Made by a program: the position numbers and the translations under genes. The notes beneath the pieces were generated by a model. It was not told the origin of the DNA and searched no databases. It worked only from the letters and a program-made list of their open reading frames with translations. Source: a bacterium (GTDB taxonomy: Bacteria; Patescibacteriota; Microgenomatia; Daviesbacterales; UBA10151). Taken from it: DNA of 64,000 nucleotides. Below, in pieces: positions 49,522-58,524 of the stretch; the first letter of the stretch is position 1; every line of letters begins with the position of its first letter. The stretch covers positions 3,481 through 67,480 of the forward strand of contig JAJYNW010000026.1 of the NCBI GenBank assembly GCA_021786105.1, in the 5' to 3' direction.

Positions 49522-51429
49522 ATGGAGATAGAAAATGGATTTACAAAAGTAACTAATCTTTTTAAGAACTGTAAAGTTAGTTTAACTGTTCTTTCAGGAA
49601 TAGCTTTAGTTTTTGGTCTTTTCTTAAGTTGGTTTAAAATTGCGCCTCAGCTCTCGCCCTTTTTGTATCTACTATCTTTGGCAAGCGGAGGATTTTATGT
49701 ATATAGAGAGGCGTTTGAAGGTTTCAAAAACAAAGCTTTCTTCAATATTAATCTTTTAGTAACAATAGCATCAATTGGAGCTGTTTTTATTAACCAGTGG
49801 GCAGAAGCAGCCTCAGTTGTTTTCTTCTTTTCACTGGCTGAAATGTTTGAGGAATTCGGTATTAAGCGCTCACAGCAAGCCATAACCAATCTTATTAAGG
49901 AATCACCCCAAAAGGCGAATAAAAAAGAGGTTAATAATATCGTCTCTATCTCTATCGAGGAAGTAAATATTGGTGATATCGTGGTGGTTAAACCAGGAGA
50001 CAAAATCCCATTAGACGGAAAAGTTGTTAAGGGAAATTCTGCAGTTGATGAAGCGGCAATTACTGGGGAATCACTTCCAAAAGAAAAGCTTGTAGGTGAC
50101 TTAGTTTTTGCAGGAACCATGAATATGTCCGGCTACTTGGAGATTAAAATTACAAAAAGGTCGAAAGACAGCGTGTTATCAAAGGTGATTGCAACAATTG
50201 AGGAAGCGCAGGAGAAAAAAGCCCCATCGCAGGAGTTTATTGATAAATTTGCAGCTTATTACACACCTACAGTTGTCATTGGTGCTGTTCTTTTAACCAT
50301 AGTTCCGGTTTTGTTGGGAGGAACATTTACACAGTGGCTGTACCGCTCCTTAACCCTTCTTGTTATTGCCTGTCCTTGCGCGCTTGTTATTTCAACCCCT
50401 GTTTCTGTTGCCTCGGCTATTGGTAGAGCTTCGCAAAAGGGATCACTCATAAAGGGCGGAAAATTTTTAGAAGCAATAGGAAAAGTGAAGGCTATCGCCT
50501 TTGATAAAACAAGAACATTGACAGAAGGTAAACCTATCGTTTCTGACATTCTTACATTTAATGGCTTTTCTAAAGAAGAAGTCCTCGCAGATGCTTGCGG
50601 TATTAGTAAATTTGACACACATCCATTATCTTTTGCCATTAAAGTTAAGGCGGAAGAAGAAAGCATAAACCCTCATATTATGGAGAAGTTTAAGAATACC
50701 CCCGGAAAAGGCTCTAAGGCTAACTGTACTGTATGTGATGATTTAACACACTGTGTTGGTAATCTAAAACTCTTAAACAGTGAAGAAGTAAATACCAAAG
50801 AAGTAGAGCATGTAGTTGAAAATTTGGCCAAGGAAGGCAAGACCACGATTTTAGTAAGTGAGGGTAAAGTAATGATGGGTGTACTAGGCATAACTGACTC
50901 TATCCGTCCAGAAGCCATTGAGACGATTGGACAACTAAAACGGCTTGGTATTTCAAACTTTTCGATTATAAGCGGTGATAATGCTTATGCTGTTGATTAT
51001 GTTGCACAAAAGCTAGGAGTTAATAATACCTTTGCTCAACTTTTGCCTGGGCAGAAATTAGAAACAATCGAAAAACTTAAACAGGAGTATGGAACTGTAT
51101 CGATGGTAGGTGATGGCATCAACGATTCTCCATCCCTTGCCGCCTCTGATGTTGGAATTGCTCTTGGCTCTGCGGGGTCGGACGTTGCCATTGAAACCGC
51201 TGATATTGCCCTTATGGGTGATGATTTAAGAAGGATTCCCTATCTTATTAAGCTGGGAAGACAAACAACTCAAGTAATCAAACAAAATATCTATGCTTCC
51301 CTTGGGATTAAGGCCATCTTTTTAACATTGGGAGTATTTGGGTTAACTCATCTAGGATGGGCAATAGCCGCAGATTCAGGGGTAGCACTCTTGGTAACGC
51401 TAAATGGATTAAGGCTTTTTAGAGCTTAA
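49522..51429 (+). CDS. P1B-type heavy-metal ATPase, CPC motif, no HMA domain; atypical DKTRT phosphorylation motif
   Basis: ACPCALVISTP, MVGDGINDSPSL, but AFDKTRTLTEG (codon aga where gga is expected). Confidence 0.8.
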   Translation: MEIENGFTKVTNLFKNCKVSLTVLSGIALVFGLFLSWFKIAPQLSPFLYLLSLASGGFYVYREAFEGFKNKAFFNINLLVTIASIGAVFINQWAEAASVVFFFSLAEMFEEFGIKRSQQAITNLIKESPQKANKKEVNNIVSISIEEVNIGDIVVVKPGDKIPLDGKVVKGNSAVDEAAITGESLPKEKLVGDLVFAGTMNMSGYLEIKITKRSKDSVLSKVIATIEEAQEKKAPSQEFIDKFAAYYTPTVVIGAVLLTIVPVLLGGTFTQWLYRSLTLLVIACPCALVISTPVSVASAIGRASQKGSLIKGGKFLEAIGKVKAIAFDKTRTLTEGKPIVSDILTFNGFSKEEVLADACGISKFDTHPLSFAIKVKAEEESINPHIMEKFKNTPGKGSKANCTVCDDLTHCVGNLKLLNSEEVNTKEVEHVVENLAKEGKTTILVSEGKVMMGVLGITDSIRPEAIETIGQLKRLGISNFSIISGDNAYAVDYVAQKLGVNNTFAQLLPGQKLETIEKLKQEYGTVSMVGDGINDSPSLAASDVGIALGSAGSDVAIETADIALMGDDLRRIPYLIKLGRQTTQVIKQNIYASLGIKAIFLTLGVFGLTHLGWAIAADSGVALLVTLNGLRLFRA

Positions 51430-51437
51430 TATGATCT

Positions 51438-51677
51438 TTACCTGCTAATCGTTGGTAATAAAACGTTTTCTGCTGGCTTTACGGCTTTTGTAGGCCTCTT
51501 TATAATCTTACCGGCAGAAACTAGATTATCTTTAGGACTTTTCTTTATTTCTTCGGCTTGCGCTTCTGTTACCTCAATAAAACGGCTTTTATTTTCGTCA
51601 GCTATCACAGCGTCAAATTCTGCTTTGACAACAAATTGAATTTCGCCGTTTTCATCAAATTGTATAAAGTGTTTCAT
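51438..51677 (-). CDS. Hypothetical small acidic protein
   Basis: 79-aa ORF ending 4 nt before the next gene. Confidence 0.4.
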   Translation of the reverse strand: MKHFIQFDENGEIQFVVKAEFDAVIADENKSRFIEVTEAQAEEIKKSPKDNLVSAGKIIKRPTKAVKPAENVLLPTISR

Positions 51678-51680
51678 TGT

Positions 51681-52856
51681 TTAGCTCCTCATAAATAAGG
51701 CGTATACATCAAGCGAGATGGCCGCGTTAGAATCGCCGTCATAAAGATAAACTGTGTCTCGGTTGATGGTAATTTTTGGTATTCTGGTTTGCTTCCAATA
51801 GCCATTGATCCGAAAAACAATATCTGCCGCAATCTCCGATATTATTTGAATAATCCGATTGCTATCGAGTTTAACAGTCATGGTATAGCCGTTTCTGCCA
51901 TCTGCGCCCGGACTTGAAATATCAAAGTACCTATTGGCGCTTGAGCCGTTGGCTCTTGCTCCGGCAATTCTTGCGGCTGTTGTGTTAGAACTTTCAATAT
52001 AAACTTCCACACTATCTGCACCGATAGGGATAAAAGAGGATAAATCTAAGTTTTGCCATGCAGAGTTTGTGGAATTTTGGGCGGAGGCGAGTGTTTCTGT
52101 AAAGTGCATACCAAGACCAGCCTGATCGAGTGTTGGAGTATTAAGATAAGCGCCCATGATAGAGATAAACTCATGGTCTGAAAAAACCGGAAAAGTTGCC
52201 GCAGAATAACCATTGGCATTTAAATTGCCGGTGAAATTAGCTCCTGCTTGGACTAAATAAAGATTAGTTCCCTTTACTAAGGCTCCAATTTTGAAAGCAT
52301 CAAAATAAAAATTATAACCGGTGGACGCCGCGTTTTTATCGCTTCTTAAAACTATTTTAATCGTATGGCTTCCTGCAGAAAGCCCTGTTTTTTCATAAAC
52401 CAAAAAGCGGGTTAAAAGCAATGCGGAGTAAAGATCAACTGTTGAATCAAGTACGTTGTCAATATAAATATCAATCTTGCCCATATACGGCCCTTTGGCC
52501 GAGAAAATGCCTATTCTGGTACCTGTAAACGAATAGATTAAATAATCAGCAGGCGTTAGGGTGGTGTGATAAGAGCGGTTGTAAAACTGCATGGAAGAAG
52601 TGGAATAACTCCAACTTCCCACATAAGAAATAGCAGCGTCTAAATCATCAACAATTACTCTTAGTTTATCGGCATCAACAGAATTATTAGGATGGTCTAG
52701 CTCACTTTGTGTCCGGTGAGATTCTAAAACCTCGCCTGTTTCAGAATGGGCGGACGGGTCTTGGTCGTGAGCCAGAATTTTATTATCTATCTCCTGTCCT
52801 ATGGTTGTTGTATCTGTGGCGCTTTTTGCCAAAGCTCCCCAGCATATTGCAGGCAT
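51681..52856 (-). CDS. Large hypothetical protein with CBM/jellyroll-like region; possible receptor-binding/structural protein
   Basis: GPYMGKIDIYIDN...GSHTIKIVLRSDKN...YNFYFDAF beta-sandwich-like pattern. Confidence 0.45.
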   Translation of the reverse strand: MPAICWGALAKSATDTTTIGQEIDNKILAHDQDPSAHSETGEVLESHRTQSELDHPNNSVDADKLRVIVDDLDAAISYVGSWSYSTSSMQFYNRSYHTTLTPADYLIYSFTGTRIGIFSAKGPYMGKIDIYIDNVLDSTVDLYSALLLTRFLVYEKTGLSAGSHTIKIVLRSDKNAASTGYNFYFDAFKIGALVKGTNLYLVQAGANFTGNLNANGYSAATFPVFSDHEFISIMGAYLNTPTLDQAGLGMHFTETLASAQNSTNSAWQNLDLSSFIPIGADSVEVYIESSNTTAARIAGARANGSSANRYFDISSPGADGRNGYTMTVKLDSNRIIQIISEIAADIVFRINGYWKQTRIPKITINRDTVYLYDGDSNAAISLDVYALFMRS

Positions 52857-53010
52857 TAAAAAACTCCTTTCGAAATTTCAACTTCATTTGAACGTGACCG
52901 CACTATGGCCTTACCCCGTCCATACTCACTCCATAATGTCACCAAACCGGCTTTCAGTCGGTATAAAGTCTGCTCAAGATTTAGTATGTTTTGTGTTTCT
53001 CTCATACAAT

Positions 53011-53805
53011 TTACAATGCCGTACCCACTGGATACACACTTTCAACTAAAGCTCCGGCCGGAACCAAAACCTGCTCCCACGAAAGATTAACTTGGTCGCA
53101 GTCCGGATCGGTATTATTAAGAACGCCGTTATAAGTAACCCACACATTATCAAACCAAAGATCGCCTGAAACATCGTTTAACTCCAAGGAAAGCTCCCAA
53201 TTAGCAGGAACACCCAAAGGAAGCGGAACTGATAAACTTTGCGTTGCCCATCCACTTGCAAGAGGAATTGAAATAACATTTTCATCTGTAATATTTTGCC
53301 CGCCATAATACCTGTTTGTTCGAAGGATTAGTTTTGCGTAAGGATTGCCGCCAGCAGAAGTTAAGTTTGATTTTCTGGAAAGTTGAAAGGTTAAAGGAAA
53401 AGTTGGTTTTTGATTTTTCGTTTGCCGGATTATAAGCGCAGTTGCACTCCCAGCTAAATTGATATGTCCTACCAAATACTGATGAAATAAAGATGGTGTT
53501 GCAAAACCACCAAGCAGATTTTTAATTCGATATGCTTGATCCTGAACAAAAAGGTTATAACCATTCATTCCCGGGACATTTCCGGCGTCAAGCCAGGACT
53601 GTCTCTGTGGAGCGCTAAATTCCGACCAGCTTTTGGAAACTGTAAATAAATAAGAAATCTCACGAAGACTGTAATAGCGGGAACGAGTCATAAAACGGGG
53701 ATTCTTGCCAATAGAACAGAAGAACGAAAAATCGTACATCTTCAAGGTCTTGTTATAATAAATCTCAAGACCGGCTGGTATAGTAATTCCCATTATTCTT
53801 GGCAT
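53011..53805 (-). CDS. Hypothetical protein ('MPR' family; N-terminus paralogous to 33964..34305)
   Basis: MPRIMG... and GMNGYNLFVQDQAY shared with the paralog. Confidence 0.5.
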   Translation of the reverse strand: MPRIMGITIPAGLEIYYNKTLKMYDFSFFCSIGKNPRFMTRSRYYSLREISYLFTVSKSWSEFSAPQRQSWLDAGNVPGMNGYNLFVQDQAYRIKNLLGGFATPSLFHQYLVGHINLAGSATALIIRQTKNQKPTFPLTFQLSRKSNLTSAGGNPYAKLILRTNRYYGGQNITDENVISIPLASGWATQSLSVPLPLGVPANWELSLELNDVSGDLWFDNVWVTYNGVLNNTDPDCDQVNLSWEQVLVPAGALVESVYPVGTAL

Positions 53806-53815
53806 AGTATTTCCT

Positions 53816-54004
53816 TTACCCTACTGGCGGCGTACTTTTGACGCCAAAGTAAAAAGCCACAACTGCCAGAAGTACAGAGCTGACAACTCCATCGTGTCCT
53901 AATCCGATTAAAACAAACGAGCCGATAACCACAATCATTGCCAAAATATCAGTTGGTTTCATTCTATCCAGAAAATTATAAAATTCTTTCATATTCTGTT
54001 CCAT
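53816..54004 (-). CDS. Small membrane protein (holin-like size, 1–2 TM)
   Basis: 62 aa, ILAMIVVIGSFVLIGL / VLLAVVAFYFGV helices; overlaps the PLD gene by 16 nt. Confidence 0.4.
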   Translation of the reverse strand: MEQNMKEFYNFLDRMKPTDILAMIVVIGSFVLIGLGHDGVVSSVLLAVVAFYFGVKSTPPVG

Positions 54005-54498
54005 AAAGTTTCGAAGTATCTAGTGAACTCTACTGCTACTTCTCTTGAAACTATTTTTATCGAAGCCTCATCATTAACTGTTACTGCACGCCTTGACATG
54101 TTATGCGATCCTAAAACTGTAATTTCTTGATCTATAATCCAAAGTTTGGCATGAGTAATAGGGGATGATGGCCCAAACTTTGCTAAAGCTCCGGCTTCTT
54201 GTAAATTTAAGATAGTGTTTTTGTTGACCGAATTTAGTGGATGTCTTGGATGTTCTTTGTTTAACAGAACTCGAACAGCAACTTTGCGCCTTGCGGCTTG
54301 CAAGACTTCATAGGAAAGTTGTTGAATACTTGAATCGTGGTCGTGATGATACCATTTCCACTCAAACTGAATAATATCTATACTCGCCTTGGCTTGCCGA
54401 ACACAATCTGTGATCGTTCCAATGAAAGCTCTCCCCGGCAAAGGGGTAACTATAGCATTGATATTCTCAACCATTATTTTTGTTTGTAAGTCTTGCAT
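53989..54498 (-). CDS. Phospholipase D-family (single HKD) Nuc-like nuclease
   Basis: HAKLWIIDQEITVLGSHNMS = HxK(x4)D(x6)GSxN motif in a 169-aa protein. Confidence 0.75.
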   Translation of the reverse strand: MQDLQTKIMVENINAIVTPLPGRAFIGTITDCVRQAKASIDIIQFEWKWYHHDHDSSIQQLSYEVLQAARRKVAVRVLLNKEHPRHPLNSVNKNTILNLQEAGALAKFGPSSPITHAKLWIIDQEITVLGSHNMSRRAVTVNDEASIKIVSREVAVEFTRYFETLWNRI

Positions 54499-54504
54499 AC
54501 TTAA

Positions 54505-56140
54505 ATTTTTACGCTTCCAAACCTAATCGCAACTCCCAAGCGATGTACTACTAACGAAAGTTTGTCTGCGACACCATCGCTCGTGCCTCGCCTTATCGCT
54601 CGCCCTGCTTCGCAGGTCTCGCTTTGGCTTCGGCACTCGCTACCTTATGGGAAACTCCAACCTTTGTACTTTTCCCAAACCTTGGGTCGCTATCGCGCAA
54701 CCCAAACCGCCAACCTTAAACCCAATTGCGATTCGAAACTCCATCGCCCCCGACAATGCGCGCCGCCCGCCTACGGCGAACATATTTATAAGAAAAACTT
54801 GTAAGGAAAGGCGGCGCTAGGCGGGGGCTTGGGATTACCAAACATAACTCGCACCATTGCCTCTCTCGCCAAGCAAAGCTTGGCTCGTTCGGCTCCACAA
54901 CTGCCCTTTGCTCGCAGTGCCTGGCCTCGCTTCGGGCAGCAGAAAAGGGTCGCTCGGTTCCCCCCGCCGCTTCTTCCCCCTAAAACCCCCTTCTTAGGCA
55001 ACCCCCCTTAATCAAATGTATTGCCATATTAGGGGGAAGAACGCTCTTGGGGGGATTCTCGCTTAAAAAAGCAGGCAATAATCTATAGTTGCTTTTTTTA
55101 CCCTTTCTCTGACGCTACGCAGCGGGAACCCTGTACATCCCGCTGCTTCGCTTATTCGGCGACTCGTCGGAGCCTCAATTTCTCCAACTCGTCGCCTCCA
55201 ATTCCCATCGTTTACTGTTCATGTTGCTCTTGCAGGCGCGCTCGCTCCATCTCTTGCGGTCTTCGCTCGCTTGCCGTACCTGCTTTTTTATCCCTTTCTG
55301 AACGCCGCTTTTTAAAAAGAGTTATCTTTTTGTATAAATCAAAACTTCTCCCGAAGTTTTTCAAGCGGTATTAAGCGGCGTTGAAGTGGAATCCGCCAAT
55401 AGCGGATATGGTGCGAGTAAAACCTATCATCGCCATATTCGGCGGCTGTGACCCCCGCTTATCGCTCACTCGCTTTTATTATATTTTTTAAGGTGCTCGT
55501 TCGCTGGGCGAGAGGGCGCCCTAGGGGGCGCCTCGCCCATGTCATTGCTTTCTAATAACGCTGTACAGTCTCTACCTCGCCGCCCGAAGTAGCGTTTTCT
55601 GAACCCAATCTCATCGGCGGGACGGCTACCTTTTAGGGTGGTTTAGTATCGCCTGCCTACGCGGGGGTGTGCCTTTTCCCCTCTCCTCCGCGTCGCTTCG
55701 CTCCTTGTCGGTGTCCCCCCTTCTGCGCAGGGGCGCTCCCTCTGGTCGCTTACCTGCTTGCGGGGGGAGCCCCCCTCGCCGTCGTATGGCTTGTGGAAAC
55801 TCAACCGCTGTACCCGTGCGCCGAACCGCAATCTAAGCCTGTGGGCGCTCGCGCTTATCTTTTAATACTAAGGTCAACTTCGCGCTCGCTTGGGTTATCG
55901 GGGGCGCGGCGCCAAACCTCATATAAGTCGTGAAGTTTTGTGTTGGCGCGCCCCCTCTTTTTGGCTCGTGCGCTTCGCTCGGGGGGCAGGCAACAGCCGC
56001 CGAAAAGAAAAACAAAAGCGTCTGTTTTTCCCTGCTTTCGAGCTAGCGCTTAGCTTTCGTTAGGTTTTCAAAGTGCTTGTTCCCATTGGCTTCCGATGTT
56101 GCGCGGGACAAACTTTTGTCTGTTATCAAGGGCATACTGC
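54505..56140. ncRNA. Candidate large structured non-coding RNA region (GC-rich, ORF-poor, hairpin/tetraloop-dense); class unknown, strand uncertain (tetraloops favour +)
   Basis: Abrupt rise in GC relative to the AT-rich flanks; only short overlapping ORFs in six frames; nested GC stems (GCCCCCG/CGGGGGC enclosing GCGCCGCC/GGCGGCGC), UUCG and UACG tetraloop hairpins, GGGGGG-AG-CCCCCC. Confidence 0.35.
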
Positions 56141-56499
56141 CCGCGCTGAAAATTCTTATCGTCGCCGATTATAAAAATACTAATCATAAATAATCATCAA
56201 ATAAATCAATCATTTCTATTTTTTATTTAACCTAACATTTGGTTTAACGTTAAGTTTTTTTATTTTCTATCCCGGAGGGTAGATTTTTTGCAAACGGTCC
56301 CCCTAACCCCATTAACGCCGAAATGAGGCTAGGAGACCATCTGCGAGGAAAGTTTTATCTTTCCTATCCCGTCTGGGCTAGTTCCTCGCTGAACGGCTGG
56401 TGAGACTTAAAGAGTTTTTTTAGGACCCCCGGAGGGAATTGCACCACTCTCTTTTGGTCGCTCCCACCATGCAAACCCCAAGCGACCTGCCAGAAGTGT

Positions 56500-56928
56500 C
56501 TATGTTTTCTTCTTGGCGCTCTTATCAATTTCTTCCATGTCCTCGTCTGAAATTTCAGGATTACCTTTATTCCATACCGGATTATCGCCGTCTATTTTTT
56601 GCACTTCATAGTGGACACTTTCGCCCTGCTTAACTTTAGTAATTTTGATGACTTCTCCCTCTTTTATTTCAGAAAAAAATAAAGCGATCCGAGATGCAGA
56701 GGATGTAAATAGTTTTTTCTCTCCGTCAACTTCGATAGAGTAGCGGGGATTTTCTTTGGTTGGGTCCCGAAAACTTGGCACCATTTTATAACCGCAATAG
56801 ATACCCACCGCGGATTCTCCGGGCTTTAACATTAAATAAGGACTATTCGCTTTGGCGTATTCTTCAAGCTCTCCCATAGTTTTATTAATTTTGGTGCCCG
56901 CCAGCTCCTGCCCTGAACCAGCGGGCAT
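56500..56928 (-). CDS. Hypothetical protein
   Basis: 142-aa ORF ending 5 nt before the M23 gene. Confidence 0.5.
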   Translation of the reverse strand: MPAGSGQELAGTKINKTMGELEEYAKANSPYLMLKPGESAVGIYCGYKMVPSFRDPTKENPRYSIEVDGEKKLFTSSASRIALFFSEIKEGEVIKITKVKQGESVHYEVQKIDGDNPVWNKGNPEISDEDMEEIDKSAKKKT

Positions 56929-56932
56929 ATCC

Positions 56933-57544
56933 TTACGGAATAACCAGAGTCTGATCCGGGTAAATTAAATCCGGATTTTGAATCTGGTCTTTGTTAGCGT
57001 TAAAAATGTCCTGCCAGCGATTACCATTTCCGTAAAACTTCTCGCTTATTTTCCAGAGAGAGTCTCCTGGTTGCACTCGGTAGTGGTGAACAAGTTTGGC
57101 TTCATCAATGGCACTTCCTGTTGGTTCTTTGAGATATTTCATCGGGTCTGTCCAACCGCGCATACCCTCCGGTGTATCACCTTGAACTTTCATCCCGAAG
57201 TGAAGATGGGGACCGGTCACAAATCCAGTGGCTCCACTTTCTCCGATCTGTTGACCTTTCGTAACATGATCTCCGATCTTCACAATAATTTTTGAAAGAT
57301 GCCAATACAAAGATTGACCCCAAGAGTGTTTGATAATTACTCCCATTCCGTCTGAATCTGCTACATCATCATCGAAAATAATTTCTCCATCATCTACTGC
57401 AAAAACTGGTGTACCTACAGAGGCTTTAAGATCAATTCCGTTATGCGGATAGCCAAACTGTTTCAAATACCAGTCAGTAGCCGCGCCGAATGGCCAAGTA
57501 ATAATCAATTCTCCTTCTAGTGGCTTTCCTATTTTTATTTCCAT
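56933..57544 (-). CDS. M23 peptidase with C-terminal LysM domain (cell-wall hydrolase / endolysin-like)
   Basis: HNGIDL and GPHLHFG M23 motifs; LysM YRVQPGDSLWKISEKFYG... Confidence 0.8.
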   Translation of the reverse strand: MEIKIGKPLEGELIITWPFGAATDWYLKQFGYPHNGIDLKASVGTPVFAVDDGEIIFDDDVADSDGMGVIIKHSWGQSLYWHLSKIIVKIGDHVTKGQQIGESGATGFVTGPHLHFGMKVQGDTPEGMRGWTDPMKYLKEPTGSAIDEAKLVHHYRVQPGDSLWKISEKFYGNGNRWQDIFNANKDQIQNPDLIYPDQTLVIP

Positions 57545-57683
57545 ACTATCCTTGCCATTTATCGCCGTAAAAGTGCTGCATTACTGCACAGGCCAATAAA
57601 TAAACGACTTCCTGAATATCCCGCAGTTCCTCTTCTGACGAATTCGGATAAAACTTTTTAATCGCTTCTATCGGCAACATAGC

Positions 57684-57932
57684 TTATTTGCCTTTCTCTG
57701 CTGCACTGATGTACCAGTCTTGAGCAGATATACCCAAAGCCTCACCGACTTTTTTAACATTTGATGGACGAGTGGGTTTTCCTTGTAGTAATCTGTTGAC
57801 TGTTTGTGGTGCAACTTCTGCTTCTAGTGCCAACCCCATTCTGGAAAGACCTTTTTGAAGACGCGCCTTGTCAAAAAGGCTGAAGTTTATTTTAAGCTCG
57901 TTATTGTTTAACTTATTTACATTATCATTCAT
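57684..57932 (-). CDS. XRE/Cro-type HTH regulator
   Basis: LSRMGLALEAEVAPQTVNRLLQGK HTH_3 pattern; divergent from 58063..58524. Confidence 0.7.
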   Translation of the reverse strand: MNDNVNKLNNNELKINFSLFDKARLQKGLSRMGLALEAEVAPQTVNRLLQGKPTRPSNVKKVGEALGISAQDWYISAAEKGK

Positions 57933-58062
57933 AAATGTTAGGAAGATTTAACAGAATAGAAACAGTTTATAAATTTATTCACTTTCAGTCAATAAACTTT
58001 CTTTTAATTATTGTTGACAATTTTTAACTAATTTGCTACGGTATTATAAGAAGGTTATTTTT

Positions 58063-58524
58063 ATGAGCAAGAAGATAAAAGAAATGAAAAAATCTCCACT
58101 AAGAAGTCCAGAAGAATTTAGAGATTTGGCAGACTACCTTTACTATTTGCGAACACACCGAAAGTTAAGTATGCGGGATGTCGAGCTTGCGGCTAAAGAG
58201 CTTCTCCGAAGAAAAATTATAAAAAAAGAAGGTCTTATTTCCTATGCGTATATCTCCAATATAGAAAGCCGCAGGGTAAGCAATCCCTCTCCGATTATTT
58301 TAAGAACCCTAGCTCTTATCTTTGGTGTAGATCAAGAAATGATGTTTGAAAAAGCTGGTTACCTTGATAAAAAAAGACCTAAAATAGAAGATGACGTGGC
58401 TTTTACTTTAATGTTAAAAGAAGTTCCCAGAATGACAGATGATGAGAAACAATCGCTTTTAGACTATATAGATTTTGTTAAGTCTAGGCGGAGAAAATAT
58501 GAGAAAGGCCCTAAAAAGGGCTAG
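58063..58524 (+). CDS. XRE-family HTH regulator (CI-like)
   Basis: LSMRDVELAA...ISYAYISNIESRR...PSPIILRTLALIFGV HTH_3. Confidence 0.7.
   Translation: MSKKIKEMKKSPLRSPEEFRDLADYLYYLRTHRKLSMRDVELAAKELLRRKIIKKEGLISYAYISNIESRRVSNPSPIILRTLALIFGVDQEMMFEKAGYLDKKRPKIEDDVAFTLMLKEVPRMTDDEKQSLLDYIDFVKSRRRKYEKGPKKG

Noticed and set aside
49695-50918. Several 80–140-aa minus-strand ORFs
   Set aside because: All lie antisense within the CPC-type P1B ATPase gene, which has complete conserved motifs.
52709-53090. Small + strand ORFs (60–82 aa) between the lectin-like and MPR genes
   Set aside because: They are antisense or overlapping with the minus-strand structural-like genes and their intergenic spacer, with no RBS or conservation cues.
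54562-56015. Short ORFs (60–88 aa) on both strands inside the GC-rich region
   Set aside because: They overlap one another and have no SD. Their translations are low-complexity Pro/Ala/Arg-rich, as expected from GC-rich noncoding sequence, and are better explained by a structured RNA.
54505-56140. rRNA fragment, RNase P RNA, tmRNA or group II intron as the identity of the GC-rich region
   Set aside because: I did not find 16S/23S universal motifs, the RNase P P4 motif, a tmRNA tag reading frame, or a group II domain V / 5' GUGYG signature by eye. These identities remain to be excluded formally with covariance models.
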